39,411 nt of DNA from Acidobacteriota bacterium (GCA_040005235.1 JBDTZG010000051.1:1-39411); one strand, 5' to 3'; numbered from the stretch's first letter, positions 1-9,387 are shown. A program made the numbers and translations. Notes: generated by a model not told the origin, from the letters alone.

Positions 1-115
1 CGGTGGTGAGGGGAGATCCCTGAAGGATCGCGGCAACCCCGCCCACGACGATGAATTCCACCTCGTTACGGATCAATACCCGGAGGACTTCATCGAACTT
101 GAGATCAGTTGCCAT
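1..115 (-). CDS. Nucleotidyltransferase-family protein, N-terminus only (runs off the left edge)
   Basis: Manual translation from ATG at 115 gives MATDLKFDEVLRVLIRNEVEFIVVGGVAAILQGSPLTT. The FIVVGGVAAxLxG...T pattern is typical of small MNT-like nucleotidyltransferases. Overlaps the end of the upstream ORF. Confidence 0.7.
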   Translation of the reverse strand, partial: MATDLKFDEVLRVLIRNEVEFIVVGGVAAILQGSPLTT

Positions 116-305
116 TCTGGGCGCGGATGCGAAGGACGGTGTTCATGAAATCCTGGGCGGCCTTCAAACGCTCGGTCGGCGTCAGTTTGAGCTTGTCGCG
201 GATCTGGCTGATGTCACCCCAGTCCAGACCCCACTCCGACAACTCCAATTGGTCGTAGTCGGTGGGGATTCCTTCCATCTCTGTCCTGTCGTCCTGCCGG
301 ATCAT
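105..305 (-). CDS. Small hypothetical protein coupled to the nucleotidyltransferase (possible TA-like partner)
   Basis: 66-aa ORF with DISQIRDKLKLTPTERL, overlapping the start of the nucleotidyltransferase gene. TAGGAT -10-like hexamer just upstream on the minus strand. Confidence 0.6.
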   Translation of the reverse strand: MIRQDDRTEMEGIPTDYDQLELSEWGLDWGDISQIRDKLKLTPTERLKAAQDFMNTVLRIRAQNGN

Positions 306-395
306 AACCGGATCATCCTACCAAGGTTCCGGCGACCGGCTCCGACGTTCTCGGACTTCGTCGGGTTCCGACCGACGCCAAGGGCGATCGTCGCG

Positions 396-2576
396 TCAGG
401 CGGCGCGGTGGTGCAGCAGCCGCAGGCCGTTCGCGATCACCAGCAGCGAGGCCCCCATATCGGCGGCGATTGCGGCCCAGAGAGAGGCGTGGCCGGCGAG
501 GGTGAGGACCACGAAGACCGCTTTGATCGCGAGCGAAAGCACGATGTTCTGGCGGATGATGGAAAGCGTCCGGCGGGAGTGCCGGATCAGCCAGGGGAGC
601 TTCGCCAGATCGTCCGACATAAGAGCCACGTCGGCGACTTCGATCGCCGCGTCGCTTCCTGCCGCCCCCATTGCCACGGACATCGTGGCCCGGGCCATCG
701 CCGGGGCGTCGTTGACCCCATCGCCGATCATTGCGACGGCGCCGTAGCGGGCAAGCAGCTCGTCGATCGCGGCGACTTTTTCGGCCGGCAGCATCTCGGG
801 CCTTACGTCGTCGATGCCGGTCTTCCTGCCGATCGCTTCAGCCGTGCCGCGGTTGTCGCCGGTCAACATCACGACCGCTTGGATACCCGCATCGCGCAAC
901 GCCTGGACGGACGATCTCGACTCCGGGCGGACCTCGTCGGCGATCGCGATCAGACCGCAAACGTGGTCCGCCGTTCCCACGACGACCGCCGTCTGGCCGG
1001 CTTGGGACATCTCTTCGAGCCGTTGGTGGATCTCCGGGGTCTCCTGCCCGCGCTCCTCCAAGTAACGATGCGAGCCCAGCCAGTACTCCTTCCCGTCGAA
1101 TCGCCCCGCAGCTCCTTTCCCCTGAAGGATTCGAAAGTCTTCGGCCGGCCGCACCAGGACGCCGCGGTGCTTGGCAAAGGCGAGGATCGCGCGGGCCAGA
1201 GGATGCTCGCTCCGAGCTTCCAAGGCTCCGACCCGTTCGAGCAACTCCCGCTCATCATGCCCGGCCAGCGGGACGATCTCGGTCACCTCGGGCTTGCCCC
1301 AGGTCAACGTTCCCGTCTTGTCGAGGGCCACGGCTTTGAGGCGCGACGGGATTTCGAGGAACAGGCCCCCTTTGATCAGCACGCCGTTCTTGGCGGCCGA
1401 GGCGAGCGCCGCGACGATGCTCACCGGGGTGGAGATCACCAGGGCGCACGGGCAGGCGATCACCAGCAGCACGAGCGCCCGGTAGATCCAGGCGTCCCAG
1501 GCACCGCCGAGCAGGAGAGGAGGGAGCAACAGCACCGCGAGAGCCAAGCCCAACACGACCGGGGTATACACGCGGGCAAATTTCTCGACCCATTGCTCCG
1601 ACGGTGCCCGCCGCGATTGGGCCTCGTCCACCAGGCGGATGATGTGGGCGAGCGTCGAATCCCCCGCCCGCTTCGTCGCTTCGACCTCCAACGCGCCGTC
1701 GCCGTTGATCGTTCCGGCGAAAACGTCTGTCCCTAGCTCTTTGACAACCGGCACGCTCTCCCCGGTGATCGGCGCCTGGTTGACCTCGCTCGTGCCGCTT
1801 GCGACCCGGCCGTCGAGCGGAATGCGCTCACCGGGTTTGACCAAGAGAAGCGCGCCGATCTCCACCTGCTCAGCGGGGATTTCCTCCTCGCGGCCGTCCG
1901 GATGCCGCACCCGGGCGGTCTGCGGCGTCAGGTCCATCAAGGCCTCTACGGCGCGCCGCGCCCTGCCGATGCTCCATGATTCCAAAGCGAGCGACAGGCT
2001 GAAGAGGAAGGCGACCGTCGCCCCCTCGAACCATTCGCCGATCGCGACCGCGCCGAGGACGGCGATCGTCATCAGCAGGTTCATGTCGGGACGGAAACGC
2101 CGCAGCGCATTCCAGGCCTTCGGCAAAACGGACCAGACCCCGAGGAGGATCGCGAGGCTGTAGAGAATTCGCGCAGCGACCGGGGGCCCCTCCGCGATCC
2201 CCATCCCCTCCGAGCCCAGCGCCCGGGAAATCCCTCCGGCAAGTGCCGCATGGACTGCGAAACCGGCCAAGGCGAAGGCGCCGCTCGCCGCCGTCAAGAC
2301 CGTCCGCCCGCGACGGAGCCAGAAACTCTCGGGCTCCAGGCGCTCGGCGTCGTCCTCCCAGACCTGGGCGCCCATTCCGGTGCGTTCGACCGCTTTGACG
2401 ATCTCGCGCGGCGCGATGTCGCGAGCCGGCCCGAGCACCGTCATCTTCGCCTTGAGCAGGTCGAAAGAGAGGCGCTCTTCGCCGCCGACCAGCGGGCCGA
2501 TCTCGCGCTTGAGGATCGCCACCTCCTCGGCGCAGTCCATGCCTCGGATCTTGAACTGATGCTCCTCCGTGCTCAT
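396..2576 (-). CDS. cadA: Heavy-metal translocating P1B-type ATPase (Zn/Cd/Pb, CadA/ZntA-like)
   Basis: N-terminal HMA-like GMDCAEE, TGES, CPCALVIS, DKTGTLT, SEHPLA and GDGVNDAP motifs. Start placed at MSTEE (2576), which forms an ATGA overlap with the RND stop. Confidence 0.93.
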   Translation of the reverse strand: MSTEEHQFKIRGMDCAEEVAILKREIGPLVGGEERLSFDLLKAKMTVLGPARDIAPREIVKAVERTGMGAQVWEDDAERLEPESFWLRRGRTVLTAASGAFALAGFAVHAALAGGISRALGSEGMGIAEGPPVAARILYSLAILLGVWSVLPKAWNALRRFRPDMNLLMTIAVLGAVAIGEWFEGATVAFLFSLSLALESWSIGRARRAVEALMDLTPQTARVRHPDGREEEIPAEQVEIGALLLVKPGERIPLDGRVASGTSEVNQAPITGESVPVVKELGTDVFAGTINGDGALEVEATKRAGDSTLAHIIRLVDEAQSRRAPSEQWVEKFARVYTPVVLGLALAVLLLPPLLLGGAWDAWIYRALVLLVIACPCALVISTPVSIVAALASAAKNGVLIKGGLFLEIPSRLKAVALDKTGTLTWGKPEVTEIVPLAGHDERELLERVGALEARSEHPLARAILAFAKHRGVLVRPAEDFRILQGKGAAGRFDGKEYWLGSHRYLEERGQETPEIHQRLEEMSQAGQTAVVVGTADHVCGLIAIADEVRPESRSSVQALRDAGIQAVVMLTGDNRGTAEAIGRKTGIDDVRPEMLPAEKVAAIDELLARYGAVAMIGDGVNDAPAMARATMSVAMGAAGSDAAIEVADVALMSDDLAKLPWLIRHSRRTLSIIRQNIVLSLAIKAVFVVLTLAGHASLWAAIAADMGASLLVIANGLRLLHHRAA

Positions 2577-5500
2577 GCCTCTTGCTCCCTTCCGCCCACC
2601 ACCCAAGCGTACACGCTCGGCAAGACGAGCAAGGTGAACAGCGTCGAGGTGACCAGGCCGCCGACCATGACGATCGCGAGCGGCCGTTCGAGCTCCGAGC
2701 CGCCGAAGCCGATCAGCATGGGGGCGAGGCCGAGGATCGCCGCTCCGGCGGTCATCAGCTTCGGCCGGACGCGGCCGATCGACGCCTCGCGGAGCGCGGC
2801 GCGGAATGGCAGGCCGGCGGCGATCAGCTCCTTGGTTTGGGAGATCAGCACCAGGCTGTTCTGCACCGCGACGCCGAACAGGCCGATCACGCCGACGATC
2901 GACGAGGCGTTCCAGGTCTCACCGGTAAAAGCCAGGGCGTAGAGTCCGCCGGCAAAGGCGACCGGCAGCGTACCGACGACCACCAGGACCTCGCGCGGTC
3001 GACCGAGGGCGAGAAACAGAAGCAAGACCACCAGGGCGAGGGCCACGGCGCTCGCGACCAGCAGGCGCTTCTGCGTTTCGCGCGCCTCTTCGATCTGGCC
3101 GGAGAGCGCCACGAGAGTTCCCTTCGGCAGGTCGAGCTTGGACAGTTGGCGCTCGACCGCCTGGGCGGTGCCGCCGAGATCCCCCTCGGTCCGCAGGTTC
3201 CAGCCGAGGCGGCGTTGGCCGTTCTTCCGCCGGATCAGCGAGGGCATGGTGTCCTCTTCGATCTTCGCCACCTGGCCCAGCTCGACGATCCGCCCTTCCT
3301 CGACCACGATCGGCAGACGCTCCATCTTGGTCGGCGTGAGACGGCCGTCCGCCGGAAAGCGCACCGTTCGTTCGATCCGTTGCGGGCCGTCGAATCGAGG
3401 AGCCAGGACGATCCCCTGGAGCGCCGCTTCGAGCGTTTGGAGCAGCGCTTTCCTTGGTACGTCGAGCCGGCGGAGCGCATCGTCGTCCGGCACGATCCTC
3501 CAGCGCGGCAGCGGGGCGCCCGAATCGGGCGTGACGCCCGCCACGCCGGGAACTCGGGCCAGGAGTTGCGCGATGTCGTTCGATCGACGCTCCACGACGG
3601 AAAGGTCGGGATGGAACAGCTCGACCTGAATGTCGGCTGGCGTGCCGCCGATCCCTTCCGAGATCCGCATCTTCATCGGAGTCGTCAGCTCGACGCCAAA
3701 CGGCATGTGTTCGGCCAATTCTTCCAGCTCGGATTCGACTTGCCGCACGTCGGCCCGCGGCTCAAGGACGATCAGGACATCCGATAGGTAGCTCGGCATC
3801 GGATCTTCAGTCACCTCGCCACGACCGGTGCGGCGATACGCGGCGCGGACACCGGGGATCTTCCCCGCCTCCTGTTCGAATTGACCGTTGGCCTCGTCGA
3901 TCGCGGCGAGACTCGTGTCCGACGGGAGAAACGTCTGCACCAGAAGCGCCCCCTCGTCGAGCGCGGGCAGGAAGTTCGTGCCCAGCCGGGTCGCGAGAAA
4001 GATCGCCGGCAGGGCGAGGGCGAGCGCAGCGATTTGCACCAGCGCGCCGTGGCGGAGCGCCCAATCGAGCACCGGCCGATAGACGCGTTTGATCGCCCGG
4101 ATCACCCCCGGCTCTTCGAGGCGCGTTCCGGGTGGCAGGAAGCGATCGACCAACACCGGCACCAGGGTGAAAGAGAGGACCAGCGCGATGGTCATCGCCG
4201 AGGCGACCGCGACGGCGAGCGGGGCGTACAGCTCGCCCGCCACTCCGCCGATCGCGAGCAGCGGAATGAACACCGCGAGAATCACCAGGACCGCCGTGGC
4301 GATCGGCACCCCAACCTCCGCGGCGGAATGGGCAATCGTCCGCCGACGGGCCTCGGGGTCGGAACCTTCCAGGTCGTGCAGCCGGTGGACGACGTTTTCC
4401 ACCATGATCACGCCCGCATCGACCAGCAGTCCCACGGCGATGGCGAGCCCCCCCAACGTCATCGCGTTCAATCCGAGCCCAAGGGCGAACAGCGGGATCG
4501 CGGCGCCGAGGGTCGCGAGCGGCAGGAGGACGATGACGAACAGTGCGCCGCGCAGGTTGCCCAAGAGAACGATCAACACCAGTCCCACGAACAACGCGCC
4601 GAGGGCGAGCGCCTGGGAGACGCCACCCAGCGCATGGGAGACCAAATCACCCTGGTCGTAGAACAGATCGAGCGACATCCCGGCGGGAAGCGAACGCCGC
4701 AGCTCGGGCAGCAGGGCGCGAACGCCCCGGCTGGTCGAAAGGGTGTCCGCGGTCGGCTGCTTGATCACCCGAAACGACACCACCTCGAAGCCCTTGAACC
4801 GCGCGAGACCCATTCGGAACTCCGGCGCCTCGCGCACCTCGGCGAGCTCGCCCAGGGCGACGACACCGCGCGCCGTATGCACCGGCAGGCGCCGTACTTG
4901 CTCGACCTCCGCTGCGAGCGAAGCGACCGAAACGTGCCACTGCTTGTCGCGGATCTCCAGAATGCCCGCCGAAACGTCCTTCTCGCTTCCTTCGAGCGCC
5001 TCGACGACCTGGTCGAGCGAGACTCCGACCAGGCGCATCGTCTCGGGCGAGATCGAGACCTGAAGCTGGCGCCCTTCTCCCCCGAGCAACTCGATCCGCG
5101 CCACCCCGGGCACCGATTGCAGGCGGGGGATCAGCACCTTCACCGCTTGATCGCGCAGCTTCATCGGATCGACCGCAGGACCTTGGAGCACCAGCTCCTG
5201 GATCTCCTGGAGACGGCCCGCCGCGGAGGTGAGCAGCGGCGCCGAGGTGCCCTCGGGAAAGCCAGTCATTACCCCAGCGAGCTTTTCGCCCACCAGCTGG
5301 CGCGCCCGCCATGGGTCGGTGCCAGGCTCGAATGCGACGACGATCTGCGTCACTCCGGCCTGGATCGTGCTCGTCACCCGGCGCACTCCCGGCAGGCCGG
5401 TGAGCACCTGCTCGACCGGCTGGGCCACCGTCAGCTCCAGCTCCGACGGATCGCGGCCGGGGCTCTGGATCAGAAGTTGAATCGACGGGAGCGCCAGGTT

Positions 5501-5686
5501 CGGGAAAAGATCTCGCGGTAGGCGCCAGAAGGTGAAGAACCCCGCGACGCCCCAGAGCAAGGCGAGCGCCAGAATCCACCCTCGCGCCGCGAGGGCGCCC
5601 GCGAACCAGCGCTGCAGGAGCGCGCGGCCCGCGGGCGGGACGGACGATCGATCGGCGAGCGGTGCATTCTTCTCCTCAGTGGTCAT
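2573..5686 (-). CDS. CzcA/CusA-family heavy-metal RND efflux permease
   Basis: 1037 aa with an RND layout: NAMTLGGLAIAVGLLVDAGVIMVEN, FLPALDEG, RVRPKLMT and PLAIVMVGGLVTST. Confidence 0.93.
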   Translation of the reverse strand: MTTEEKNAPLADRSSVPPAGRALLQRWFAGALAARGWILALALLWGVAGFFTFWRLPRDLFPNLALPSIQLLIQSPGRDPSELELTVAQPVEQVLTGLPGVRRVTSTIQAGVTQIVVAFEPGTDPWRARQLVGEKLAGVMTGFPEGTSAPLLTSAAGRLQEIQELVLQGPAVDPMKLRDQAVKVLIPRLQSVPGVARIELLGGEGRQLQVSISPETMRLVGVSLDQVVEALEGSEKDVSAGILEIRDKQWHVSVASLAAEVEQVRRLPVHTARGVVALGELAEVREAPEFRMGLARFKGFEVVSFRVIKQPTADTLSTSRGVRALLPELRRSLPAGMSLDLFYDQGDLVSHALGGVSQALALGALFVGLVLIVLLGNLRGALFVIVLLPLATLGAAIPLFALGLGLNAMTLGGLAIAVGLLVDAGVIMVENVVHRLHDLEGSDPEARRRTIAHSAAEVGVPIATAVLVILAVFIPLLAIGGVAGELYAPLAVAVASAMTIALVLSFTLVPVLVDRFLPPGTRLEEPGVIRAIKRVYRPVLDWALRHGALVQIAALALALPAIFLATRLGTNFLPALDEGALLVQTFLPSDTSLAAIDEANGQFEQEAGKIPGVRAAYRRTGRGEVTEDPMPSYLSDVLIVLEPRADVRQVESELEELAEHMPFGVELTTPMKMRISEGIGGTPADIQVELFHPDLSVVERRSNDIAQLLARVPGVAGVTPDSGAPLPRWRIVPDDDALRRLDVPRKALLQTLEAALQGIVLAPRFDGPQRIERTVRFPADGRLTPTKMERLPIVVEEGRIVELGQVAKIEEDTMPSLIRRKNGQRRLGWNLRTEGDLGGTAQAVERQLSKLDLPKGTLVALSGQIEEARETQKRLLVASAVALALVVLLLFLALGRPREVLVVVGTLPVAFAGGLYALAFTGETWNASSIVGVIGLFGVAVQNSLVLISQTKELIAAGLPFRAALREASIGRVRPKLMTAGAAILGLAPMLIGFGGSELERPLAIVMVGGLVTSTLFTLLVLPSVYAWVVGGREQEA

Positions 5687-6860
5687 GCTCGTCGCCCCCG
5701 CCGCCCGCGAGCTTCAGGTAGAGCGATTTGAGGAGATAGGCGCCCTCGGTCGCGATCGTCTCGCCCGGCTTTATCCCATCGAGCACGAGCACCTCGGCGC
5801 CCAGCTCGGCCCCTTTGCGCACCGGCCGCAGCTCCGCCCGGCCGGCGTCCTTCACGAACACCCCCCAGGTCCCCTCGATCAGCTGCAATGCCGCCTGCGG
5901 CAAGACGACGGCACTCGCCAGGGGAACCCGCACTTCAAGGGGTGTCCCGGCGAGAGGCCACGTCGTTTGTTCGCCAGCGAGACGCAATCGATAGGTCAAT
6001 CGGCGGGTCGCATCCGAAAGCGACGCGGGCATCCCCTCGACCGTCGCCTGCCAGCGCTGGCCGGTCGCGCGGCGCACCTCGGTCTTCGCCCCCAGCCCCC
6101 AAGTCTCCGGACCCGGCAGCGGAATCTCGACCAGCACCCGCGAAGCGCCGGGGGCGATCAACCGGCCGAGATCGCCGCCGGCTTCCACCCCCTGGCCCAC
6201 CGCCACGGCGAACGACTCGACCACCCCTCCGCGCGGCGCGCGCACCCGGTAGGTCGTCCCGGCGCTCGCCGGATCGACGCCGCGCGCCTCAAGCGCCAGG
6301 CGGGCGGAGGTCTCTTCCACCGCAGCGACTTCCGCCCCGGCCTGCGCCGCTTCGACGTCGCGCTCCGAGGTGGCGCCCCCTTCGAGCAGCCGGCGCTCGC
6401 GCGCCACTTCGCGATCGGCCTGCGCTCTACGGGAACGGGCCGCGAGCCAGGCGGCCTTTTTCTCCGCCAGCTCGGGACTGCGGATCTCGACCAGCGCTGC
6501 GCCGCGCGAAACCGACCGGCCCGGCTCGACGAGCAGCGAGGTGACGATGCCCCCGACCGGCGCCGAAAACGTCGCCGCCGATCCCGTCTCGGAGATCGCC
6601 TCCGCGGCAAACCAGGCGCCCTCCTCGCGCGGCGGCCCCACCACCGCGAAAGAAATCCCGCGGACCCCGGTGAGGTCGATCGAGCGCTGTCCCTCGCTGG
6701 AAGACTCTCCGCGCTCTACTTCGGCGGTCGCCTTTCCGCCTTCGGAGTGGGCATGCTCTGCGCTCTCGGCGGCGGGAGACTTGTCGACCTTCTTGCAGCC
6801 CCCTAACGTGAAGAACAGCGAAGAAAGGAGGACGACGAGGAGCGGGTTTCGGCAGGTCAT
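5676..6860 (-). CDS. RND efflux periplasmic adaptor (CzcB-like), lipoprotein
   Basis: Start at MTCRNP (6860; ATGA overlap with the tolC stop). Lipobox LGGC, lipoyl-like APVGGIV and APRGGVV motifs, His-containing EHAHSE and C-terminal DEHDH. Confidence 0.88.
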   Translation of the reverse strand: MTCRNPLLVVLLSSLFFTLGGCKKVDKSPAAESAEHAHSEGGKATAEVERGESSSEGQRSIDLTGVRGISFAVVGPPREEGAWFAAEAISETGSAATFSAPVGGIVTSLLVEPGRSVSRGAALVEIRSPELAEKKAAWLAARSRRAQADREVARERRLLEGGATSERDVEAAQAGAEVAAVEETSARLALEARGVDPASAGTTYRVRAPRGGVVESFAVAVGQGVEAGGDLGRLIAPGASRVLVEIPLPGPETWGLGAKTEVRRATGQRWQATVEGMPASLSDATRRLTYRLRLAGEQTTWPLAGTPLEVRVPLASAVVLPQAALQLIEGTWGVFVKDAGRAELRPVRKGAELGAEVLVLDGIKPGETIATEGAYLLKSLYLKLAGGGGDEHDH

Positions 6861-8110
6861 GGCAGCACCTCGGCGGTCAGGATGGCAAGCTCCCAGGAAG
6901 CGGCCAAGAGCGCCGCATGGCGTTGGATTCGGGAAAGCTCCGCAGCGATCACGGCACGGCGCTGAACGAGGGCCTCCGACGGGCGGGCCTTCCCTTCGGT
7001 GAGCCGCAGCTCGATCGCCCCGAGCGTGCGCTCCGGCGAGGGATCGATCGAAGCGGATGACGGAGTTTCGAACGCCGACAGGGCCGAGAAGCGGGAGCGG
7101 GCGGACGCGAACCGGCTTTTCAGCTCGGCAAGGCTTTGATCCGCCTGTCGTTCGGCGGCGGCGATCGAGGCGGCGAGCGCCTGATCCGCAGTGGGCCGCT
7201 CGGCCGCCAGCGGAAATCGATAGGCGAGGCCGAACCGCGCGACGCTCTCCTCCGCTTCGCGCGCCAGGCTCGAACGGAGCGCCCAACGCGTTTGCGACCG
7301 GCCCAAATCGAAACGCGCGAGCGCCACCGCCAGATCGCGCCGCGCGGTGAGCGCCAGGCTCAACGGGCTCGAATCGAACCGGGCGACGAGATCCACATCG
7401 GCCGGCAGGTCGGGCGGCGCCGGCTCGGCAATTCTTTCGCCGTTCCCAACCGCGGGTAAATCTTGGAGCGGCGGCTCGATCCAAACCGCGAGCTGACCCC
7501 AGGCCCCCGCCCGGGCCGCGAGAGCCTCGGCCCTGGCGGCGCGCGCTTGCTCCAAATCGAAAGCGACCAGATCGACCTCGAACGCCGCCTCGGCCCCCTG
7601 GTCCAAGCGGCGCTTCGCGATTTGCAACCAGCGCTCGACCGTCGAGACATCGTCGCCGCGCAAGAGGACCTCCCGCTCGGCGGCCCAGGCCGCGACGAAC
7701 GCCGCGGCAATCCGGCCGCGCGTTTCAAGCCGCGCCGCAGCCGGGAGCAGAGCACCTGACCGTTCCAGAGCCGCGAGGGCCTCCTCTCGACCGTTTCCCC
7801 GGCCGAGCAGCGGCAGGTCGAGATCGATCGCAATATCGGCGTACGTGGCGTCGGTCGAGCCGTTCGTTCGCCGAGGGCCGGTTTCGATCCCGAGGGTCGG
7901 TCCAGCGGCAAAGCGCGCCGAGGTGGCGCCCAGCTCGCGCCGCGCGGCGGCCAGTTCGGAGTTCGCGGCAAGCTCCTCTGCGCTGGCACGAGCCCGCGCG
8001 AGGAGATCTTCGAGCCGGGGAAGCACCTGCCCCCCGTTCGCCGACCGGGCGAGCATCAGAATGCACAACAAGGTACAAGCGGTCGTACCGACCGCGGAAC
8101 GGATGAGCAT
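6857..8110 (-). CDS. TolC/CzcC-family outer membrane efflux protein
   Basis: Signal peptide MLIRSAVGTTACTLLCILMLARSANG, helical repeats (AKRRLDQG, LRLTEGK) and position ahead of the adaptor and RND genes. GAGG RBS about 10 nt before ATG 8110. Confidence 0.8.
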   Translation of the reverse strand: MLIRSAVGTTACTLLCILMLARSANGGQVLPRLEDLLARARASAEELAANSELAAARRELGATSARFAAGPTLGIETGPRRTNGSTDATYADIAIDLDLPLLGRGNGREEALAALERSGALLPAAARLETRGRIAAAFVAAWAAEREVLLRGDDVSTVERWLQIAKRRLDQGAEAAFEVDLVAFDLEQARAARAEALAARAGAWGQLAVWIEPPLQDLPAVGNGERIAEPAPPDLPADVDLVARFDSSPLSLALTARRDLAVALARFDLGRSQTRWALRSSLAREAEESVARFGLAYRFPLAAERPTADQALAASIAAAERQADQSLAELKSRFASARSRFSALSAFETPSSASIDPSPERTLGAIELRLTEGKARPSEALVQRRAVIAAELSRIQRHAALLAASWELAILTAEVLP

Positions 8111-8117
8111 GAGCCAA

Positions 8118-8183
8118 GACCTCGCCGCTTCAGACGTGCGAAGACGCACGCCGGATTGGGGACTTCAGCGGAAAGCGGAGGTC
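8118..8183 (-). promoter_or_regulatory. Predicted RBS-sequestering stem between the leader ORF and tolC
   Basis: On the minus-strand mRNA, GACCUCCGCUU (8183-8173) is complementary to AAGCGG-CG-AGGUC (8130-8118), which contains the tolC GAGG. Inner hairpin CGUGCG-UCUU-CGCACG at 8150-8135. Confidence 0.55.
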
Positions 8184-8457
8184 AAGCGAAGAGCGGGACG
8201 TGCAGAACCGCGCGGGATACGCCGGGGAGCAGTTCGCCTCGGACCCCACCCATCGAAGCGACGAGAGACCGCTCCGCATCGGGCAGTAAAACGCCAAGGG
8301 AAGCCGGTACCACCGGGTTGCAGCAGCACGAAGCGCAAGCCTCGCGGCAAGGGGCGCCGCGGTCGCAATCATCCGAGCAGCCCAGGTCGAGCCCAGCCGC
8401 CGCACCGGCGGTAAGGATCACGAAAAGGGCGAGCAGGGCGACGGCGAGGGGCTTCAT
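8182..8457 (-). CDS. Cys-rich exported leader protein (CzcI/DUF2946-like architecture)
   Basis: 91 aa with a hydrophobic N-terminus, 7 Cys in residues 27-46 (CSDDC...C...CASCCC) and C-terminal VLHVPLFA. First ORF of the metal efflux operon. Confidence 0.75.
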   Translation of the reverse strand: MKPLAVALLALFVILTAGAAAGLDLGCSDDCDRGAPCREACASCCCNPVVPASLGVLLPDAERSLVASMGGVRGELLPGVSRAVLHVPLFA

Positions 8458-8536
8458 GCGAGGGGTACTCTATCGGAAGCAGATCTGATCCTACGATTTT
8501 GCGGATCATCCCATCGACCTTGCTGCCCGGCCCATG

Positions 8537-8558
8537 ACTGGATATATTACTGGCTATA
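8537..8558 (+). promoter_or_regulatory. Tandem operator-like repeat upstream of the antitoxin gene
   Basis: ACTGGATATA (8537-8546) and ACTGGCTATA (8549-8558) form an AT-rich patch directly before RBS GGAGG (8563-8567). Confidence 0.4.
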
Positions 8559-8572
8559 AGACGGAGGCCATC

Positions 8573-8875
8573 ATGAGCCACACTTCCCAGACCCGCGCCA
8601 TCAAGAATTACCGGAACCGACTGGTCGAACGCGGTATGGCCCGCTTCGAGGTTCTCGGCCGCGACTCAGACCGCGAGCTGATCCGCTCGTTCGCCAAGCG
8701 CCTGGCCGAAGACGGCCCCGATGCTGACCTGTTGCGGGCGGCCGTCAGCCAGGGCGACAGCAGTGAGCCGCAGCGGAGAGGCGGTATCCTCGAAGCCCTT
8801 CGGCGCTCGCCGCTCGTCGGTGCCGACGCCATTCCCGATCGTTCCTTTGAACCAGGTCGCAAGGTTGACCTGTGA
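8573..8875 (+). CDS. Putative antitoxin of the PIN toxin
   Basis: RBS GGAGG then ATG 8573. Sequence includes GMARFEVLG..DRELIR..A and GGILEALRRSPLVGAD. GTGA overlap with the PIN gene. Confidence 0.75.
   Translation: MSHTSQTRAIKNYRNRLVERGMARFEVLGRDSDRELIRSFAKRLAEDGPDADLLRAAVSQGDSSEPQRRGGILEALRRSPLVGADAIPDRSFEPGRKVDL
8789..8827 (+). repeat. Dispersed repeat copy 1 (inside the antitoxin 3' end)
   Basis: CTCGAAGCCCTTCGGCGCTCGCCGCTCGTCGGTGCCGAC, matching the copies at 10712 and 11468. Confidence 0.8.
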
Positions 8876-9300
8876 GTCGTTTCCTGCTCGACACCAACAT
8901 CATCAGCAATATCACCAAACCCGCTCCCTCCGAGTTGCTGGTCGCCTGGATGGCGAAGCAGGCAGATAACGATCTTTTCATAGCCTCTTTCACCGTCGCC
9001 GAGGTCTGGCGCGGGGTGCTGGAGAAACCTTTCGGCCGGAAGCGGGACCAACTGGAAGCCTGGTTCACCGGGCCGGAAGGTCCCTCGGCCCTTTTCGCCG
9101 GCCGCGTCCTCGCCTTCGACGAAAAAGCTGGCCTCGCTTGGGCGAGGCTGATGGCGGAGGGCAAGGCAAGAGGCCGTTCCCGCAGCGCGCTAGACACCAT
9201 CATTGCCGCGACCGCTGAGGCAAACGACTGTATCGTCGTCACGGACAACGAAGATGACTTCTATGGTGTAGAGATCTTCAATCCGCTTCGGGACCGGTAA
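8872..9300 (+). CDS. vapC: VapC-family PIN-domain toxin
   Basis: FLLDTNIIS, TVAEV, DTIIAATA and VVTDNEDDF supply the PIN acidic residues. Confidence 0.9.
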   Translation: MSRFLLDTNIISNITKPAPSELLVAWMAKQADNDLFIASFTVAEVWRGVLEKPFGRKRDQLEAWFTGPEGPSALFAGRVLAFDEKAGLAWARLMAEGKARGRSRSALDTIIAATAEANDCIVVTDNEDDFYGVEIFNPLRDR

Positions 9301-9387
9301 CAATCTTCGAGCCTCGGTTCGCGTTTAACCGAGAGGCGGCTTCAGGCGCTGATCGCCTGTGGCTCGATGAGAATCACCATCCGAGAC

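Noticed and set aside
51-6806. Long plus-strand ORFs (51-1736, 2582-3787, 3881-5521, 5532-6806)
   Set aside because: Antisense shadows of well-supported minus-strand genes, as expected in GC-rich DNA, with no recognisable motifs.
9311-9337. Hairpin CTCGGTT...AACCGAG between convergent genes as a terminator
   Set aside because: There is no U-tract on either strand, so the evidence is too weak to call.
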